DNA of 64,000 bases from the human T2T-CHM13v2.0 reference genome, Homo sapiens. This document shows positions 48,255-63,130 of the stretch, in pieces; within the stretch, counting starts at the first letter, position 1; each line of letters starts with the position of its first letter. The DNA is taken from NCBI RefSeq assembly GCF_009914755.1, contig NC_060932.1. The stretch is one strand, 5' to 3'. The notes under the pieces are model-generated. The model saw nothing but the letters and a program-made list of their open reading frames with translations, was not told where the DNA came from and did not search any database. The translations under genes and the position numbers were made by a program.

Positions 48255-50394
48255 TCAATTTGTCAATACTTCCAAAGACCAAACTTACCTAGATGTAGTA
48301 AAGGATTTCTAATGTTGCCCTTCACAAGGGACCAGAGTAGATGACTGCAGTGATGTTTTTTGCTGCTCCTCCAAATCTATTTTCCTGTCTGAAACCCTAA
48401 AAGGACTTTGATTCTGCTCAGATATTCACCCTATCCCCATATCAGAACTGAGTCTCGATTAGCCACTCAGAACTTGGATATCCCTTAGCAACTTTTGTTG
48501 GTTTGGGGGTAGATGTGTGGTATAAATTAGCCCAATCAGATTTAAGGGAAGGATTATTTAAAGGGGGTGGAAGGATTCTCTCTCTTGTTGAATGTAAACA
48601 AGCAGATATGCAATTCTGCATGCCATTGGCAGCCTATAATTATGAGGCAGATTCACCCCAAGCTCACTGTGGACTCTTGAGTAGAGAGACAAAATGAATC
48701 TGTGTCTGCAATGATCTTGTTGAATCAACCAACTTTTAAGCTTGTTCTGCTGCTGGACTTCCTGTTGTATAATACATTTTAAAATTATGTAGGGCAGTTT
48801 GAGTCAGGTTTTTTCTTGCTTGTAACCAAAAGCACCCTGTAAAACAGTAAGTTTACTTTGGATATTTTTAGAGGAATAAGAGAAACCAATGGAATAATTA
48901 AATTCACTGTTAAATCAGTCTTCACAGGTGAGAATATACATATTGGCACTCCTTATTTACTCCCCAAGTCCCTCTCGCTAAAACCTCCCTTTAATTTTGA
49001 TGGCAGCTTAAAAAACCGTGTGTTTTCAGAAGGAAAGATTTAGGGTACTCCATAACTAAGGCTCATCTCATATTCTCAAGGAAAATAGGACAGTTTAAAA
49101 TATTTGCTGAAATTTATGAAAGCTTGTATCCTGTGGAAAAGTTAATAATAGGATGTTCACTTACTTAAAAAAAATGTCATCCCCGAGCACAAAGAAATCC
49201 ATTAGGTAATTCCACCTAGAAAAATTAATGTTCACATGCAGATTCTCTATTATAAAGTGCTTGGGTCTCAGAGCTGCACTTCCTTTGTTGAAAGATTATG
49301 TTTTGATGCACATGAAAAATTTCATTAAAAAGCAATAAATAAGAGACAACTTGGCAGAACATGCTCTAGAGAGCTAAATGGATTCTCCCTTCTTTGGTTA
49401 TGGTTTATAGTTGCAATATAAAGTGCTTGGAACATGAAGAATCTCCCTGTGGCAGTTTGCTTAGGACATGAAGATTTAGACTTCACTCTTGGATTAAAGT
49501 TAGGCAGAAGTAATGACTTTATTTTTGGTGGTGGTTGTTGCAGTTAATTTAACAGCAGAGAAAAGAAAAACACATAGTCTTCAGAAACCTGACAGCTGGA
49601 CTTCACTTTATAACAGAAATTTTCTCACGGTAGCTCACATGTAATGGTTGATCAATAAATATTTGCTGAGTTGAATTGAAATTGGCTTTTTGTAAACCAC
49701 ATCATCTTTTAAATGCCTGAAATGGGCTTCCATTATATGCTTTGAGAATTTCTTCTCCCATTAGCATAAATCAGAGAGGAGAAAAAGCAATAACATGTAA
49801 TAATGTCATGAAATTAATTTCTTATAATAAGATATCTTCACTATGTCTCAAGGACTTGCTATATATTGTGTGAAATCATTGTATCACACTTCGATTTAGT
49901 TCTTTCTTGTTGTATTTAAGGATGGGACTCAGTCTGAGAAAAATGTTTCCACAGTGGAGAACAAACTATTTATTCAATATTTATCCACGTAGCAAATTAT
50001 TCCATGCAAGTTTCTGGTGTGAGGAAAAGGGAAAGGAGTTACAAAGCATAGGGGAAAATTTTTCAAAGATGTATAATCTAGTTAGGTACATAAGACAAAC
50101 AATACCTTATTATTATAAGGTAACGTGGCAACTGTTTCATAAACTACATAGAAAATAGGTAGTAAAAAGGTTTAGCTGCAGTGATCAGAGAAAAACACAT
50201 GAAAAGATTTGATACTTAAAACTAAGAAGATTTGGGGGCTCAGTAGATTGATGGCCATCAGCAATACATTAGTTTAGTGGTTTTGAAATTAGAGCATATG
50301 TAAGATTCACCTAGGAATTTATCTGCCAGCATAATTTGTTGGGCTCAATACCCTGAAATATCCTTCCAGAAGAAAGCCCTTAGTAATGCTAGAA

Positions 50395-50398
<4 letters not shown>

Positions 50399-50429
<31 letters not shown>

Positions 50430-50456
50430 ATGCATGCATGTGTGTTTGTGTATGTG
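50399..50456 (+). repeat. (TG)n/(TGCA)n microsatellite
   Basis: Read directly. Confidence 0.93.
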
Positions 50457-50899
50457 GTATATCACTTAATATACAAGAGTGGCAATACAGTAAGAGAAAT
50501 TCTAAGATGCCCAACACAATGAGTGAAGCTAACACTGGGGCCAGTGGTTATCCTGACTGAGGAGCACCTTGGTAGCCCTTGGATGCCCTAGAGTTTGAGC
50601 AAGGTGGGAATTCAGACCACAGACTCCCATGTAAAGCCTTAAAGATAAAACCTTAGTGAAAAGATGACTAGAACAAAATGCCTTGTGACAGGAGAGAGGA
50701 GGAAAACTTGTTTGTCTTGAACTTGGCTCTAGGTAGGAAAAATATAGGCAATAGTGAGAATTTAAAACCATGGCTAGCCCTCCAGCAGGATTAGGAATGA
50801 AATTCAACCTAAAAAATCAACCTAATAAACCTAGTAAAATTTAAATTGATATGGTCCAAAACCTCCAAACTAAGGATTTGTGTTCAAGTAGTCATCCGG

Positions 50900-51330
50900 T
50901 TAGAAGTTCCCTGCAGTCCTCACTGTGATGTGCTGCTCAAGTCACCCCTGCAGAACAGAGGTCTGCATTGTCCTGGCTGCAAAGTGTTGCCTGCTGAGGG
51001 CTCACAGCTGAGTTCTTCTGGAGCAATTGCTTTTGGCTGAAGGGAAGTGCTTCATCTAAGAGGAAGACCACTCCCCCAGGGGCAGCGTATGCTGAGGTGC
51101 AAAGGCCTCGTCCCCTTTCCTCAATTTGAGGCATTACTGAAGGACCAATCCATGGTCCTTTAGAGTTTCCCATGAAAACTGTTGAGATGACATTTCAGTT
51201 CAAATCTCCCTCTGTCCTCAGTTTCTTTCATTTCCTTGCAGATGTTGTTTGTGAGAGTACTCCCTAATAAAGTGACTCCATGCAAGCCTCTTTTTCAGAG
51301 TCTTTCCTGGGGGACCTTAGCCTGTGATGT
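50900..51330 (+). mobile_element. LTR16-like (ERVL) solo LTR
   Basis: 'gctgagggctcacagctg...cactccc..aataaa...catgcaa...tcagagtctttcctggggga'. Confidence 0.7.
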
Positions 51331-51554
51331 GCCCTGCCCCTAGGGTCCCAAAACAAATGCAGATCATTTCTGGAGGAATCTATCTTAAAACCAGGTCTCA
51401 AAGTACTCCCATAAAGTTCTAACAAATAGGAGCTTACTATCAAAAATTATACAGCACATCAGAAAATAAGCCAACAAGAGCAAAAGCCAGTAGAAACAAC
51501 AAAGAGCACAATTAGGCCTGTAGAGCCTACCGCTGTTGAAATTGTCAGATAGTG

Positions 51555-53736
51555 CAGGGGTTGGAAAGTTTTTCTGTAAAGAGCCCCGTGGTAAATATTT
51601 TAGGTTTGCTGGCCATACAGTCTCTATTGCTACTGTTATGGGATTCTTGGGGTGTTGCTTCACCAGCTGGAAACCTCTGTGGCCAGTGGTGCCTTTGCCT
51701 GAGTTTTGCTTTGGCCTGCTGGGCTCCTTCTGTTCTCTCAGTCTGGCAGGCTGTGCTCGGCTCCCGCTACTGGCCTGGATCCCATGCCTGCCAAGGGTGA
51801 GCCAGACATGCAGCTACAAGGGGTATGTGAATGAATGTGGGGTCCAGCTACTGCACACAGCTAGGCACACAGACTGTGCTGGGCCAGGCAGCTGCAGATG
51901 CTGGTATGGGCACCAGCTCCCTACAAGGCTGTGGCTGGACAAGGTGTACCATAAGCAGCTTCCACAGCTGACACCAGGGAACATGGTGTGGTGCCCGGAA
52001 GCTTGGGATGCCAGGAACTGCAGAGCCCTAAAGAGGGTATCACAGCCCTGGCTTGGGGAGCTTCTAGGTCTGGGCTCCCTGAAGGGCTGCAGCTCTTCTC
52101 TCCTTTCTTGTCACCCACAACGTGGTGAGCAAGGGGTGTGTTTCAGCCCTATTTGTGTTACAGCAATTTTAGCCCCACCATTTGGCAGGTCCTGAGTTCT
52201 TGTCCTGTGTCCAGGAAGAATGAGGTATGCAGACAAGTGTAGGGTGAGTAAGATGAAGAGGAGCTTTATTGAGTGATAGAATAGCTCAGAGGAGACCTAT
52301 AGTGGGTAGTTCCTCTCTATAGCCAGGGTGTCCTGACAAGTGTTCAGCTCTCAGCAGAGAGGGTAGCTACTCTCTGTAGCTGGTCATCCTGTCTCTTCAG
52401 CTCTCAGCAGAGAGGAGACCCTGGGGTGGGTAGCTTCTCTCTGTAGCTGGTCGTCCCATCATCTCCTTGAGTCTGGGGCTTTCATGGGCCTCAGAGGGGA
52501 GGAAGTATGTGCCAGTTGGTCCATGGGCAGCCATGGGTGGGCGTGGAAAAGGCACCACAAATTCCCACTCTGGTCTGTGGGACTGGGAGCCTGGCCCCCA
52601 GGCTTCGGCTCCCCCCAGCTTGGAGGTGGGGCTTCACCAGGGACCTGCCCCCTTCTGCCCAGGAGCCTGTCTGCCTCCTGCTGCCATTCATGGCACCTAG
52701 GCTATTTGTGCCAAGGGGTGCCTGCAGGCCAGCATCGAGCTGCCTTCAGTACCCCTTTGGCCTCCCTCCAGTGCTTGTTGGTGCCCCAAATCCAGAGGGG
52801 GTCGAGGTGGCAGGGAGCTGGCGTGTTAGCGCTGCCCTGAGTGTGCACACATCTGTCTGGGTTTCAAAATTGCCTGGGCTCAGCCTCAACTTTGCTCCAT
52901 GATTGGAGCAAGAACTAACAGTGGCGAGAAGTCAGACAGCAGGAGCAGGCCCCCAGGAGTGTAGAGATGCCTGGGTCTGCACCTGTGGGTTGGGCGACTG
53001 TTGCTGTGCCTGGGAGGGTAGGGGTCCTGCCTGCTCCTGGCTCCCAGGAGCGCAGGGGTGCCTGGGTCTCAGCCTCAGCTTGGGAAGCTATAGTTGCGCC
53101 TGGGGAGCTCCTGCCCCACCAACTTGAAAGAGGCGGCCCTTCAGCTTGTCCTGGGCTCCCACTTGTCCCCAGCTCCTGCCCACTCTGTGGAGTGTGCAGT
53201 CCCAGCCCTACCTCCTGTCTGCATTTTCCCCAGCAGCAGCAGTGGCAGCCCCTGGCCAACCTCAAACGAGTGAACCCGACACTCCTGGGGCCAGCCCTGT
53301 GAATTCTGGCTGTGCCTTCAGCAGGGTGCTCATGGACTCCTGGGATGCGGCAGGGAGTGAGGTTGAGGCAGCGACAGAGGCTCTGGGCCTGGGAGCACGT
53401 CCTGCCCAGCCATGCAAGGGTGCGGGTCATGCATTTGGCTGCCTCAGGGACATGGGGTACAGGGGACCCACCGCTGCCACTGCTGCTTGTGCAGCTGCTC
53501 CTGCTGCCACCACTCATGTCTTTCTGCTGCAGCCGGCATGATGGCAGCGGATGCTCCAGATAGCCTGCCGCTGCCATCACTACTACTAAATTCTGCCATT
53601 ACAGAGTGAACCTACCAAGATAAAATTAAACAGACAGCTTTGGCTGGGTTTCAGTAAAACATTGTTTGAAAAACAGGTTGGTTTGGATTTGGTTGGGCTG
53701 GCCTTGGCCTGTGGGCCATAGCTAACAAACACCCTG
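51555..53736. mobile_element. MER58A-like hAT-Charlie element split by the MER52 LTR
   Basis: 'caggggttggaaagtttttctgtaaagagcc...aatattttaggtttg' on the left and 'ggcctgtgggccatag...accctg' on the right. Confidence 0.8.
51634..53579 (-). mobile_element. MER52-family long solo LTR (~1.95 kb, ERV1)
   Basis: Minus strand starts TGATGGCAGCGG and ends CCCATAACA; perfect TSD CTAC at 51630-51633 and 53580-53583; AATAAA at ~52265-52270 on the minus strand. Confidence 0.9.
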
Positions 53737-54460
53737 AGGTGGAGTATAAATATATCATGTAATATTCTTAGGAAATGAAGGAGGGGATCCAAAATATTAC
53801 TAATAATCAAGGAACTATAAAATGACCAGACTAAATTTCTAGAATTAAATTAAGTAACAAATAAAACTAGAAACTTGATGGACAGGTTAAATAGCAGATT
53901 AGATGTACCCAGACAAGGATTAGTGAACCAGAAAGTATAGCTTTAAAAATTATTGAAAGTGCAGTATGGAGTGTAACAAAGGTATAAGCTAAAAAAGAGC
54001 AAAGTGTCATGTAAGCTGGAGAGAGTCTATTCTGTTTCTAATCTGCAAACATCATGTTCAGCAGCAAAGTACTCAACACTTTTCTTCAAAGTCAAGAATA
54101 AGAAAAGGATGCTATGACCATCGTTTGTATTCAATAGAATTAGTGTAAATAAGAAGAAAACATAAAAACTAGTGGAACTGGAAAGAAGGAACAAAACTGC
54201 CAGTTTTCATAGATGATACAATTAACCACATAGCAAACTTAAAAAAAAAAGTAACAGTTATAAAACTAGTGAGAGAATTAGCATGGTAAAGTAATATATA
54301 ATTAAAATTTACATCATTTGAATTTCTATACATTAGCAACATACAGAGATTACATACAAATATACAGTTCTCTAAAATGTAAGGTACCTAGCAATTCATA
54401 TAACAAAAGATACACAAGTTATTTAGGGAGGAAATTATAAAATTTGATTAAAGGACATTA

Positions 54461-54833
<373 letters not shown>

Positions 54834-55208
54834 TTACCCTCAAATTTATCTATAGATTCTATGCAATTCCAAACAAAATTTCAACTTTTTTTGGTGGAAT
54901 TGGACAAACTGAATCGAAACCATAATAGAAGAACAAAGAATAAGAAACAGGCAACGCACTTGTGAAGAAGAAGGTGAGCAATTCTTGTCCTACCAAATAT
55001 AAAGACTTAGTGTGAAGTTATAGTAATTAGGACTGTGGAACTGGCATGAGGGTAGTCCAATATATCAGAAGCAGATCCTTATGTATAGAGAAACATGATC
55101 CATGACAGGGGTAGTATGGCAGATCAGCAGGGAAAGGATGAACTCTTTCATAAATAGAACTGGAACAACTACTTATCCATGTGGGAAAATAATTAACTTG
55201 GGCCTTTA

Positions 55209-55209
<1 letters not shown>

Positions 55210-55254
<45 letters not shown>
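55210..55254 (+). repeat. (CA)n microsatellite
   Basis: About 22 CA units. Confidence 0.97.
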
Positions 55255-55256
<2 letters not shown>

Positions 55257-56504
55257 CAAGTCAAAATGGATTAAGAATTCAACTGAAAGGCAAAACCTTA
55301 AAAGATTAAGAAGAAAACATAAATTATCTTTATGACCCTGGGATAGGGTAGTATTTATAAAACAAGATGGAAAAATCATAAAGATTAATTCAATTATATT
55401 AAAATGAGGAACTTTTCATGAAAATATTCCATAAAGTCAAAAGGCAAGCCCTAGAGAGGAGATATTTAAAACATATAAGCAGAAGATTAGTATCAATATG
55501 AAAAAGATGCATTACCTAAAAAATGTACAAAATATATCAACATGAAATTAACACGAAGCAAATGAACAAAAATATGAATAGATGCATATCATCCTTAATA
55601 AGCAGGAAGATGCAAATTAAAACCACAGGAGACATCATTTCACAACTACCAGTTTCTCAATGGAATTTCCACAGCACCAAGAGGTAGGAGAGTCATACAG
55701 GAATCGCAGCTTTATGTCATAATCACAAAACTAAACTAGAAACAACCCAAACTTTTCTCAACAGTAGAAAACTAAGCTGTACCTCTCCAAAAAATGGAAT
55801 ACTATATAGCAGTGAAAATAGATGAACCACAGATATCATATATCAACAAGGATGAATCTTGCAACCATCCTACTGATGATTAAAACAAGTCACAGAAGAA
55901 TACATAATGTATAATTACATTTTTATAGATTTCAGAAGTGACTATAAGATTTTAGGGATACAAGTATATATGGTAGTTTTTTTTTAAATCAACTGAGCAA
56001 TAAAAACAAGGCTACCGGTAACCTCAGAAGGAAGGGGAGAGGGAAAGAGAGATGTGATTAAGAAGGAAGTACACATGGGAGGATTCAAATACCTTGGCAG
56101 TGTTTCACATTTTTAGCTGAGTGGTGGACATATAGGTGTTTGTTGTATAATTATTTGTTAAAACTTGCATATATATTCATATGTACTTATTTACATATGA
56201 TATTTCATCAAAGAGAAAGAATGACCTAGTACCGGTAGAAAATGTAGATTCTCAGGCCCCATCCCATAAATTTGAATTCAGTAGGTCTGATAAGCATCCC
56301 AGGTGATTCTGAGGTAGGGATGTCTATAGATCACATAGAAAAAAATAGACACTGGCTTGTTATAACAACGTGGGTTTACTACACCGAAAGAATTAACACT
56401 TATCCTGAGAAAGAAAATAAGACTTGGTTGAGCAATGGAGAAAAAGAGACATCTTCCACTCTTCATATCACAATGCAGATTGAGGGGGGTTGGCAGTACC
56501 TTAA

Positions 56505-56847
<343 letters not shown>

Positions 56848-58345
56848 ATTATGGCTGTCTTGGCTTGCAGGGATGCCCTGGGTAAAATAGCAGGGTGTGT
56901 GTGAGCTTGCATAACCCCAAAAGCACGGTAACTCTAACATGTGAAGTCCTGGGTTCTGTGTGAATAGAGGCAAATTCCAGACTTTTTGCACAGGCAGAGC
57001 TCTTACAAGCATGTTCTTGCTGCTAGATATACATTCAGTTCTGTGCACCGGAACTTGAAGAGGGATTGCAGACTGTGGGGACTTTTAGGATTTGGGAGTA
57101 GTATTTTCCCAGATTGATGAGCAGTGAAGAAGGGGACAGACTCTTGTTGGCTTGCACATGTCAGGAGCAATACCACATGGCCCTAACAGCAGCAAGGGCC
57201 AAAGGGAACCAGGCTTCTTGGCCCAGCTGTCATTAAGCTGTGGTACTCACACCCCTTGGGGTATGTGGAGACTTTCCGAGGGGAATAAGGAAACTGATCT
57301 TTTCAAGGCAGTGAATTTCCAGTTCTTTAGCATTCATACATACTCTTGCCTAAAACACACGTGTCTCAGAATGCACCTATAGGTGAGGTTTTGTTACTCT
57401 ACTTCTACGATCCTACCCTCATCCTTCACAATCACACCCCTAATACTTTTCAGAATAAAGGCAAAACTTTCCTCTATCCTATATATTACTGTAGTGCCTT
57501 GCTCTGAGGGTGAAAAATTCTCAGGGGTATCAAAAAAAGCAATAATTAAATGAGGCACCGCAAGCCTGAGGTAGGACTTCATGTCTTTCTCTGCCATCAT
57601 ATCACATTGTATCATATATCACATCAGATCGTAAGGTTAAGTATGGTATTAAAAATAGGACGGGAAAGTCTATATTCAAATATATCATGTTGAGAGGAAT
57701 GGGACTTGATAATTTATATCTAACAACCTCACTTTTTCTGTCACCTATTAACAACAAAATGCATTGCTCCTGAAGGTGAGTGCCTTAAGAGTGAATGAGA
57801 GAATCGGTAAAAAAATGTTGAAGATCACGGCATGAATTTCATTTAGGCAACAAATGCAGGACAGAGCTTTGTATCTTATCTACTGGCGTATCCTAGAATT
57901 CAATTTAAGAAGGAAAAGGGTTGTGAAGGGGCTGTGTATTAAACAGAAAAGTATAAATTGAAAGATGAAGGCTGATTTTCCTGACAGAAAGTAAGTGATT
58001 GGGCTGACTAGTATAATAATGAAGTTTGTCTTTGCCAATTAAACGATATAACACATGGTTTCCTAAATAAGCTATATTTGCAGCTTCAAGGTTTAGAGAA
58101 AAATTATTTTTTAAAGCACATAATACCTTTTTGTCAAATATTATTGTGTTGGAACAAATATAATGATGTCAATATTTTAATTTTCCCAGGTCTTCTGATC
58201 TTATCAAGTTAAACAAAAGTAGATAAGGGATACATTATTTTCCAGATTTCTTCTTGAGGGACATGAGTAGAGAAGTTGGGAAACCACTTTCTTAGCTGTC
58301 TGTACTGGTTTCCAGTTCTTTCTTTGAGAAGATGGTAATTCCTCT

Positions 58346-58916
58346 TGTTACCCAGTGTGATGCCTACCTGACCTAGGTGCATTTCTACCCTGCCTTAACT
58401 CTGCTTATCTTTAGGAAAGAAAATGCCTGAGATAAAAAGTTCTCTCTCCTGACCAAAATGGCTAAGACTGGTGGGATCCAAGATGACAGCCCACTTGATC
58501 TCTGAAGAACCTCTAACTTCATTATAGTCTGATCTCTCTGCTATGTAACACTGCAACCAGCACCATGACAGGTGACAATCACCATGAGAATGACTGGAAG
58601 CAACCATAAAAAGACAAAAAGGCAGGCAGCACTCCAGTTTCTAGGAGTTCTCTACCAACTCTCAGAAAAGACATGAAGATTCCTCCCCTTTCTTTTAATG
58701 CTCAACCCCTTCATTAAAGATGCCCTGTATTTCCAGCTTCCTGGCTTTCATGGGCTGAGAATTTGATTTTTGAACCAAGCTTCTGCTTCTCAATCCTATG
58801 GCCATCAAATAAAGCCTGCACTGCTAGACATTCACTTTTGGTTTTGCCTATTGGCTTCATGGGATCGAACAGGGAAATACCCCATTTTTGGTGGGGGAAC
58901 GACTTTGTTGGTAACA
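58346..58916 (+). mobile_element. ERV1-type solo LTR (family unresolved)
   Basis: TGTTACC...GGTAACA inverted ends, AATAAA at ~58808, 4-bp TSD CTCT/CTCC. Confidence 0.8.
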
Positions 58917-59029
58917 CTCCAACCGAGCAAACCTCTCTGGAGGTGCTGTGGAGTTGTCAAGGAGAAGATCTTGGGAGAGAAAAAAGACATCACTGTTAAC
59001 AGGTGAGATAATGAATAACAATTATAACA

Positions 59030-60600
59030 TCATTTTAGGTAGTGATGAGGGTCATGAATAAGATAAGAGGTAATTTGATCATAAGTGGAGTGGGGCAGAT
59101 GTGCTAATTCAAATTGGGTGGCCATGGAAGGATCCCATGAATCAATTTTTGAAATAAAACATGGATGGTAAGGAGCCTGCAGGGGAAGATTTGAGGGAAG
59201 AGGGCTCCAGGCAAAGGAAACACAAGCGCAAAGGCCCTGAGATGGAATAGGCTTGCCCTGTTTGAGGACAGGAAGACAGTCCATGTTTCTGCAGCTGAGA
59301 CTGGAAAGAGGCAGTGTTAGGGAGGGAGGCAGGCCCTATAGGAAGTTTGGCTTTTATTCTTAGCACAATGAAAGCTCTTAGAGAGTTTAAATCAGAATGA
59401 TATCTAATTTATAGTTTTAAGCTCACTCTGGCTGCTATGTGGAAAATGGATTACAGGGAAAGGGAAGAGAAAGGGGAGAGTAGGGATGATCAGTTAGGAG
59501 ACAATTGACACAGCCTAGGAGGAAAATGGCTTATCTAAAGAAGTAAAAGAGAAGGCAAGATCTAGGATCTATCAGAGGGAGAACCAACAGGGTCCACTGC
59601 TGAATTTACATGACCACAGGAGAGGGAGGAAAAGAGGAGTTACAGAGGATGTATGTTTCAATGAGTTTGAGAACATTGGAGCCAGGTTTGACAGCAAATA
59701 TCAAGCTCCTTTTCCTTTTTGGGTATGTTAAGTTTGAGATGCTATTAGACAATGATAGGATAATCTTTCTTTTTTTTTTTTTTAAATTATTGAGAGACAG
59801 GGCCTCACTATGTTGCCCAGGCTGGCCTTGAACTTCTGGATTCAAGCAATTCTCTTGCCTGAGCCTCCCAAGTAGCAGGGATTACAGGTGCATAACACCA
59901 TGCCTGGATTTGACAGGATAATCTTGGATATGTTAATTTGAGGTGTTGCAGCTCAGAAACCAATGCCACAAAATACGATGCTTTGATATGCTGAACTGAA
60001 GAAGCAGCCTCAAGGTCTCTTAGACCTTCCCTGACTCCTGTCTCTCAATTGTCTCCCAAAGAATGTAATGAAATTGTTCTCTGAAGTTCCCTTATCTGCC
60101 TAAAGTCTGGACGCAATAAAGAAGAAAACAATTACCTGTGGTTCTTTCTCTGAGTTTTCAATAACGGATCTTACATTACAGGAAGAAAGGCTGAAGTCTG
60201 TCAATGTACCTGGACAGACTTTTGTCACAAACCACTGTCTGCTCTATAGGCCCAACAGAGTATGTTCCAGGCCACTATATGTTCTTCAAGCCCACTGAAT
60301 CCCCCTAAAAATCATTTACTACCCCCCTAAAATCATCTACATCTATCTCCATTTTCCCTAAGAAGTAGGGTATAGAAGCATCTGTATCCCACTGGGATAT
60401 TGGGTATCACTCTATGATCTTCCCCTGTGAATGCTAATGAATTTGTATGCTTTTTGTCCTATTAATCTGCCTTTGTCAGTTGATTTTTTTTCAGAGAACT
60501 TTCAGAGGACAAAGGGGAAGTTCCTTTGGCCCCTATAGGGGGCTTAGGAGGAAGTTAGGGCTGGAGATATAAATTGAGGAGTCATCAACATATAATTCAT
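59030..60600 (+). mobile_element. L2 fragment interrupted by a FLAM (59768-59910, minus) and an LTR
   Basis: L2 motifs 'caaaggccctgagatggaa', 'ctctggctgctatgtggaaaatggatt' and 'gggctggagatataaattgaggagtcatca'; FLAM TSD TGA(T/C)AGGATAATCTT. Confidence 0.8.
59944..60537 (+). mobile_element. MER39/MER34-group solo LTR
   Basis: 'tgttgcagctcagaaac...gctgaactgaagaagcagcctcaaggtctct...ggggaagttcctttggccccta'. Confidence 0.75.
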
Positions 60601-62664
60601 CATTTCAGTTTTATACTCTGCCTATGTACCGCAGAGACTGTTTAGAGAATAGATGAAAGATCAGAAATAGTATTCAAATTTCCTAGATTAGGTTTTTTTT
60701 TTTTTTTTTTTTTTTGCTAGACCTTCTCTTTTCTTAGTTATTCCTTCATTCCGTGTATAAAATTAGTATTTACATTTTCAGTCAAAATCCTTTGAGGAAT
60801 GAGAGAGAAGGGGTAAAGAACGGCATTGCTAAGCCTTTAGGCCCAACACAGAAGGCTGTGCTGCATCACACTGCCAGCTCCAGACTTACTCAGCTCCAAA
60901 TTCAAGTCTTGAGCAAATGGAGCATAAGTCACGTCTGGAACCCTCATTGCAAAGCAGCTTGGGTTTTGGTAGCCTCTGCTGGCAAGAAAGGCCCAGAAGG
61001 AAGAGGTTGGAATAGTTTCTGAGTAAGCCAATACAGGGTCTGCCACATCGGTGAGAAAAATGGGAGTACTAATTTCTGTGAGGTTTTAACTCTACCAGAG
61101 ATTTTAAGAATTTTTATTTGAAACTTTTCATGCAGAATTTTGTTTTTCTTTTGGTGTGTTAAAGGGATAAAGCAGCTACAGAAAGCTGTGGAAAAGTTCC
61201 ATTGGAAGCTGTGAGCCAGATTTGTAAACTAGCCTTTTATTTGTTAACCAAAAATAAGAGTTGGTTGAAATGACTGTTAGAATAGAACTGGGGAATATCA
61301 TCAATGAAACTGGGAAAACAAACCAGGCTCTGTTTATGTTCTTGCCAAATGTGTTCCTCGGTTTGGGGATTTTCTTTTTTGATGATTTTAGTTTGGTTTG
61401 GGGAGGGAATTTTTTTTTTAATGGTAAACACACACATATTGCAATATGTGAATGATCTTTACATCTTTGGAGGTGATTGTTTTTTACCTCTTGATGGATG
61501 CACAGTTCACACAGAAGGCAAAAGAGCAGTGCAAGGCATTGGATTTTTTTTTTCATGGAAAGACGAAAATAACTGCACAAAACCTTAATATTTCTAAATT
61601 CCTACATTTTCTCTGCTTAAAAATCCTTGGCATGTTGACAAAAATGTCTAGAATTTATTTCAAATGATATTGGAAACATCTGCATGCAATGTGAATCTGG
61701 AATTATCTGTTTTTTGTAAAGAATAATTAGGCATATCCAAATTATCAGTGACAACTGACTGAACTAAAGAGTCTGCAGGGAACTTGTCTCTTTGTAATGT
61801 TTGATGTTTTTACTTTAATCCTAACAACAGGATATCCAACAATAATAAATTACAATGATGCCCAATAGTTTTTTTCATTCTTACTATTTTTGAGCTTTTT
61901 CTAAAGACTTTCCATGTACTATCTCATTTGGTCCTCTTATGATTTTTTAACAATTGGCTAAATTTTTTGGCAGTATATTTGATTCTTTCTATTTTTAAGG
62001 ATTTGAGGAAATAGTAAACGAAGGCAATGATTATTTGTATATACACAAGAGCATTGGGAACTAAGGTTGAATTTTTTTAAGGGTCACTCAGTGTTTTAGA
62101 AGGATGGTCAGTAGTTCGTACCAAATTGTTCATTATAAGCCATGGTTGGCATGAGAACTGTATAGCTATGACCGCCTGTGACTTGTTCTTTTGAATCTGG
62201 AAATTTCTAGGAAGCAAAAACAATCTTGAAATTTAAGCTCAGTCTGACCAAAAAAAATGCTTCTTGAATGGTGGTGGATGCTGTGAATGAAGACTTAAGG
62301 AAAAGGAAAGGGAAAGCGGCAAAGTGACAACATTGCAAGCAGCCCATGGAGAAGTAACGACACCAGTTGAAGGGAAACGAGGACAAAGAATTAGTAAAGT
62401 CTAAAGAGTGAGGCTGAGACTCAGGAAGTCAGATTGTCATTTTCACATGGAAAATCTCTAAAACCTGGATCTGCCCTTTCCTTTTTCCTTTATTATTTCC
62501 TGTATTAAATTTATATGGGGGCTGTATGTGGTTTAGGGCTTTAAGACCCTTTCCTGGAGGAAAGATTGAACTTACTTTTCTTTTTTGGTGGTGAGACTGC
62601 TGGCTGTATAAATGTAACCAGTTCTGGAACAATTTCTTCAATGGTTAAGAAATATGATTGTGCA

Positions 62665-63130
62665 ATCATATCAACCAGCATGCTTTTGGTTCCAAATTAA
62701 CAGAAAACCACCTCAAATTAGACAAAATTACAATAGAAAATTATTTGTATATAAACGAAAGGGCCAGCAGTAGGTCAGCGGGGTTCGATCAGGACTCTAG
62801 CTCATTCTCTGCAGTTCTCTTAGCTCTATGTTCATCTGTTCATTTAAGCAGGCTTCCCTTACTGTCACAAAAGGGCAGCAGCAGTTCTAGGCCTCACATC
62901 CATACACCCCACTGTCAAGGAGGAGGAGGTACTGCTCCAACTACTAAAAGCAAAAGCCTTGAACTTCACTCTACTTGGACCAAATAAGGTGCCATGGACA
63001 TCCATGAATAAATCATGGTGCCAGAGAAATGCCATGTGCTGGCTGGTTCATGTCTATTGAGGCTCACTTCTGCATTGTAGCTGGGGAGGTGGTGGTAGTG
63101 GAGGGATACACCTTAAAAATTCATGGCGGC
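62665..63130. mobile_element. Old MLT1 (J/K-like) LTR
   Basis: 'atgcttttggttcc..taacagaaaacc...tgtcacaaaagggcagcagcagttctaggcctcacatcc'. Confidence 0.6.

Noticed and set aside
51536-53609. Cluster of long ORFs (up to 221 aa)
   Set aside because: Stop-poor GC-rich MER52 LTR sequence, open in many frames on both strands, with no recognisable domain.
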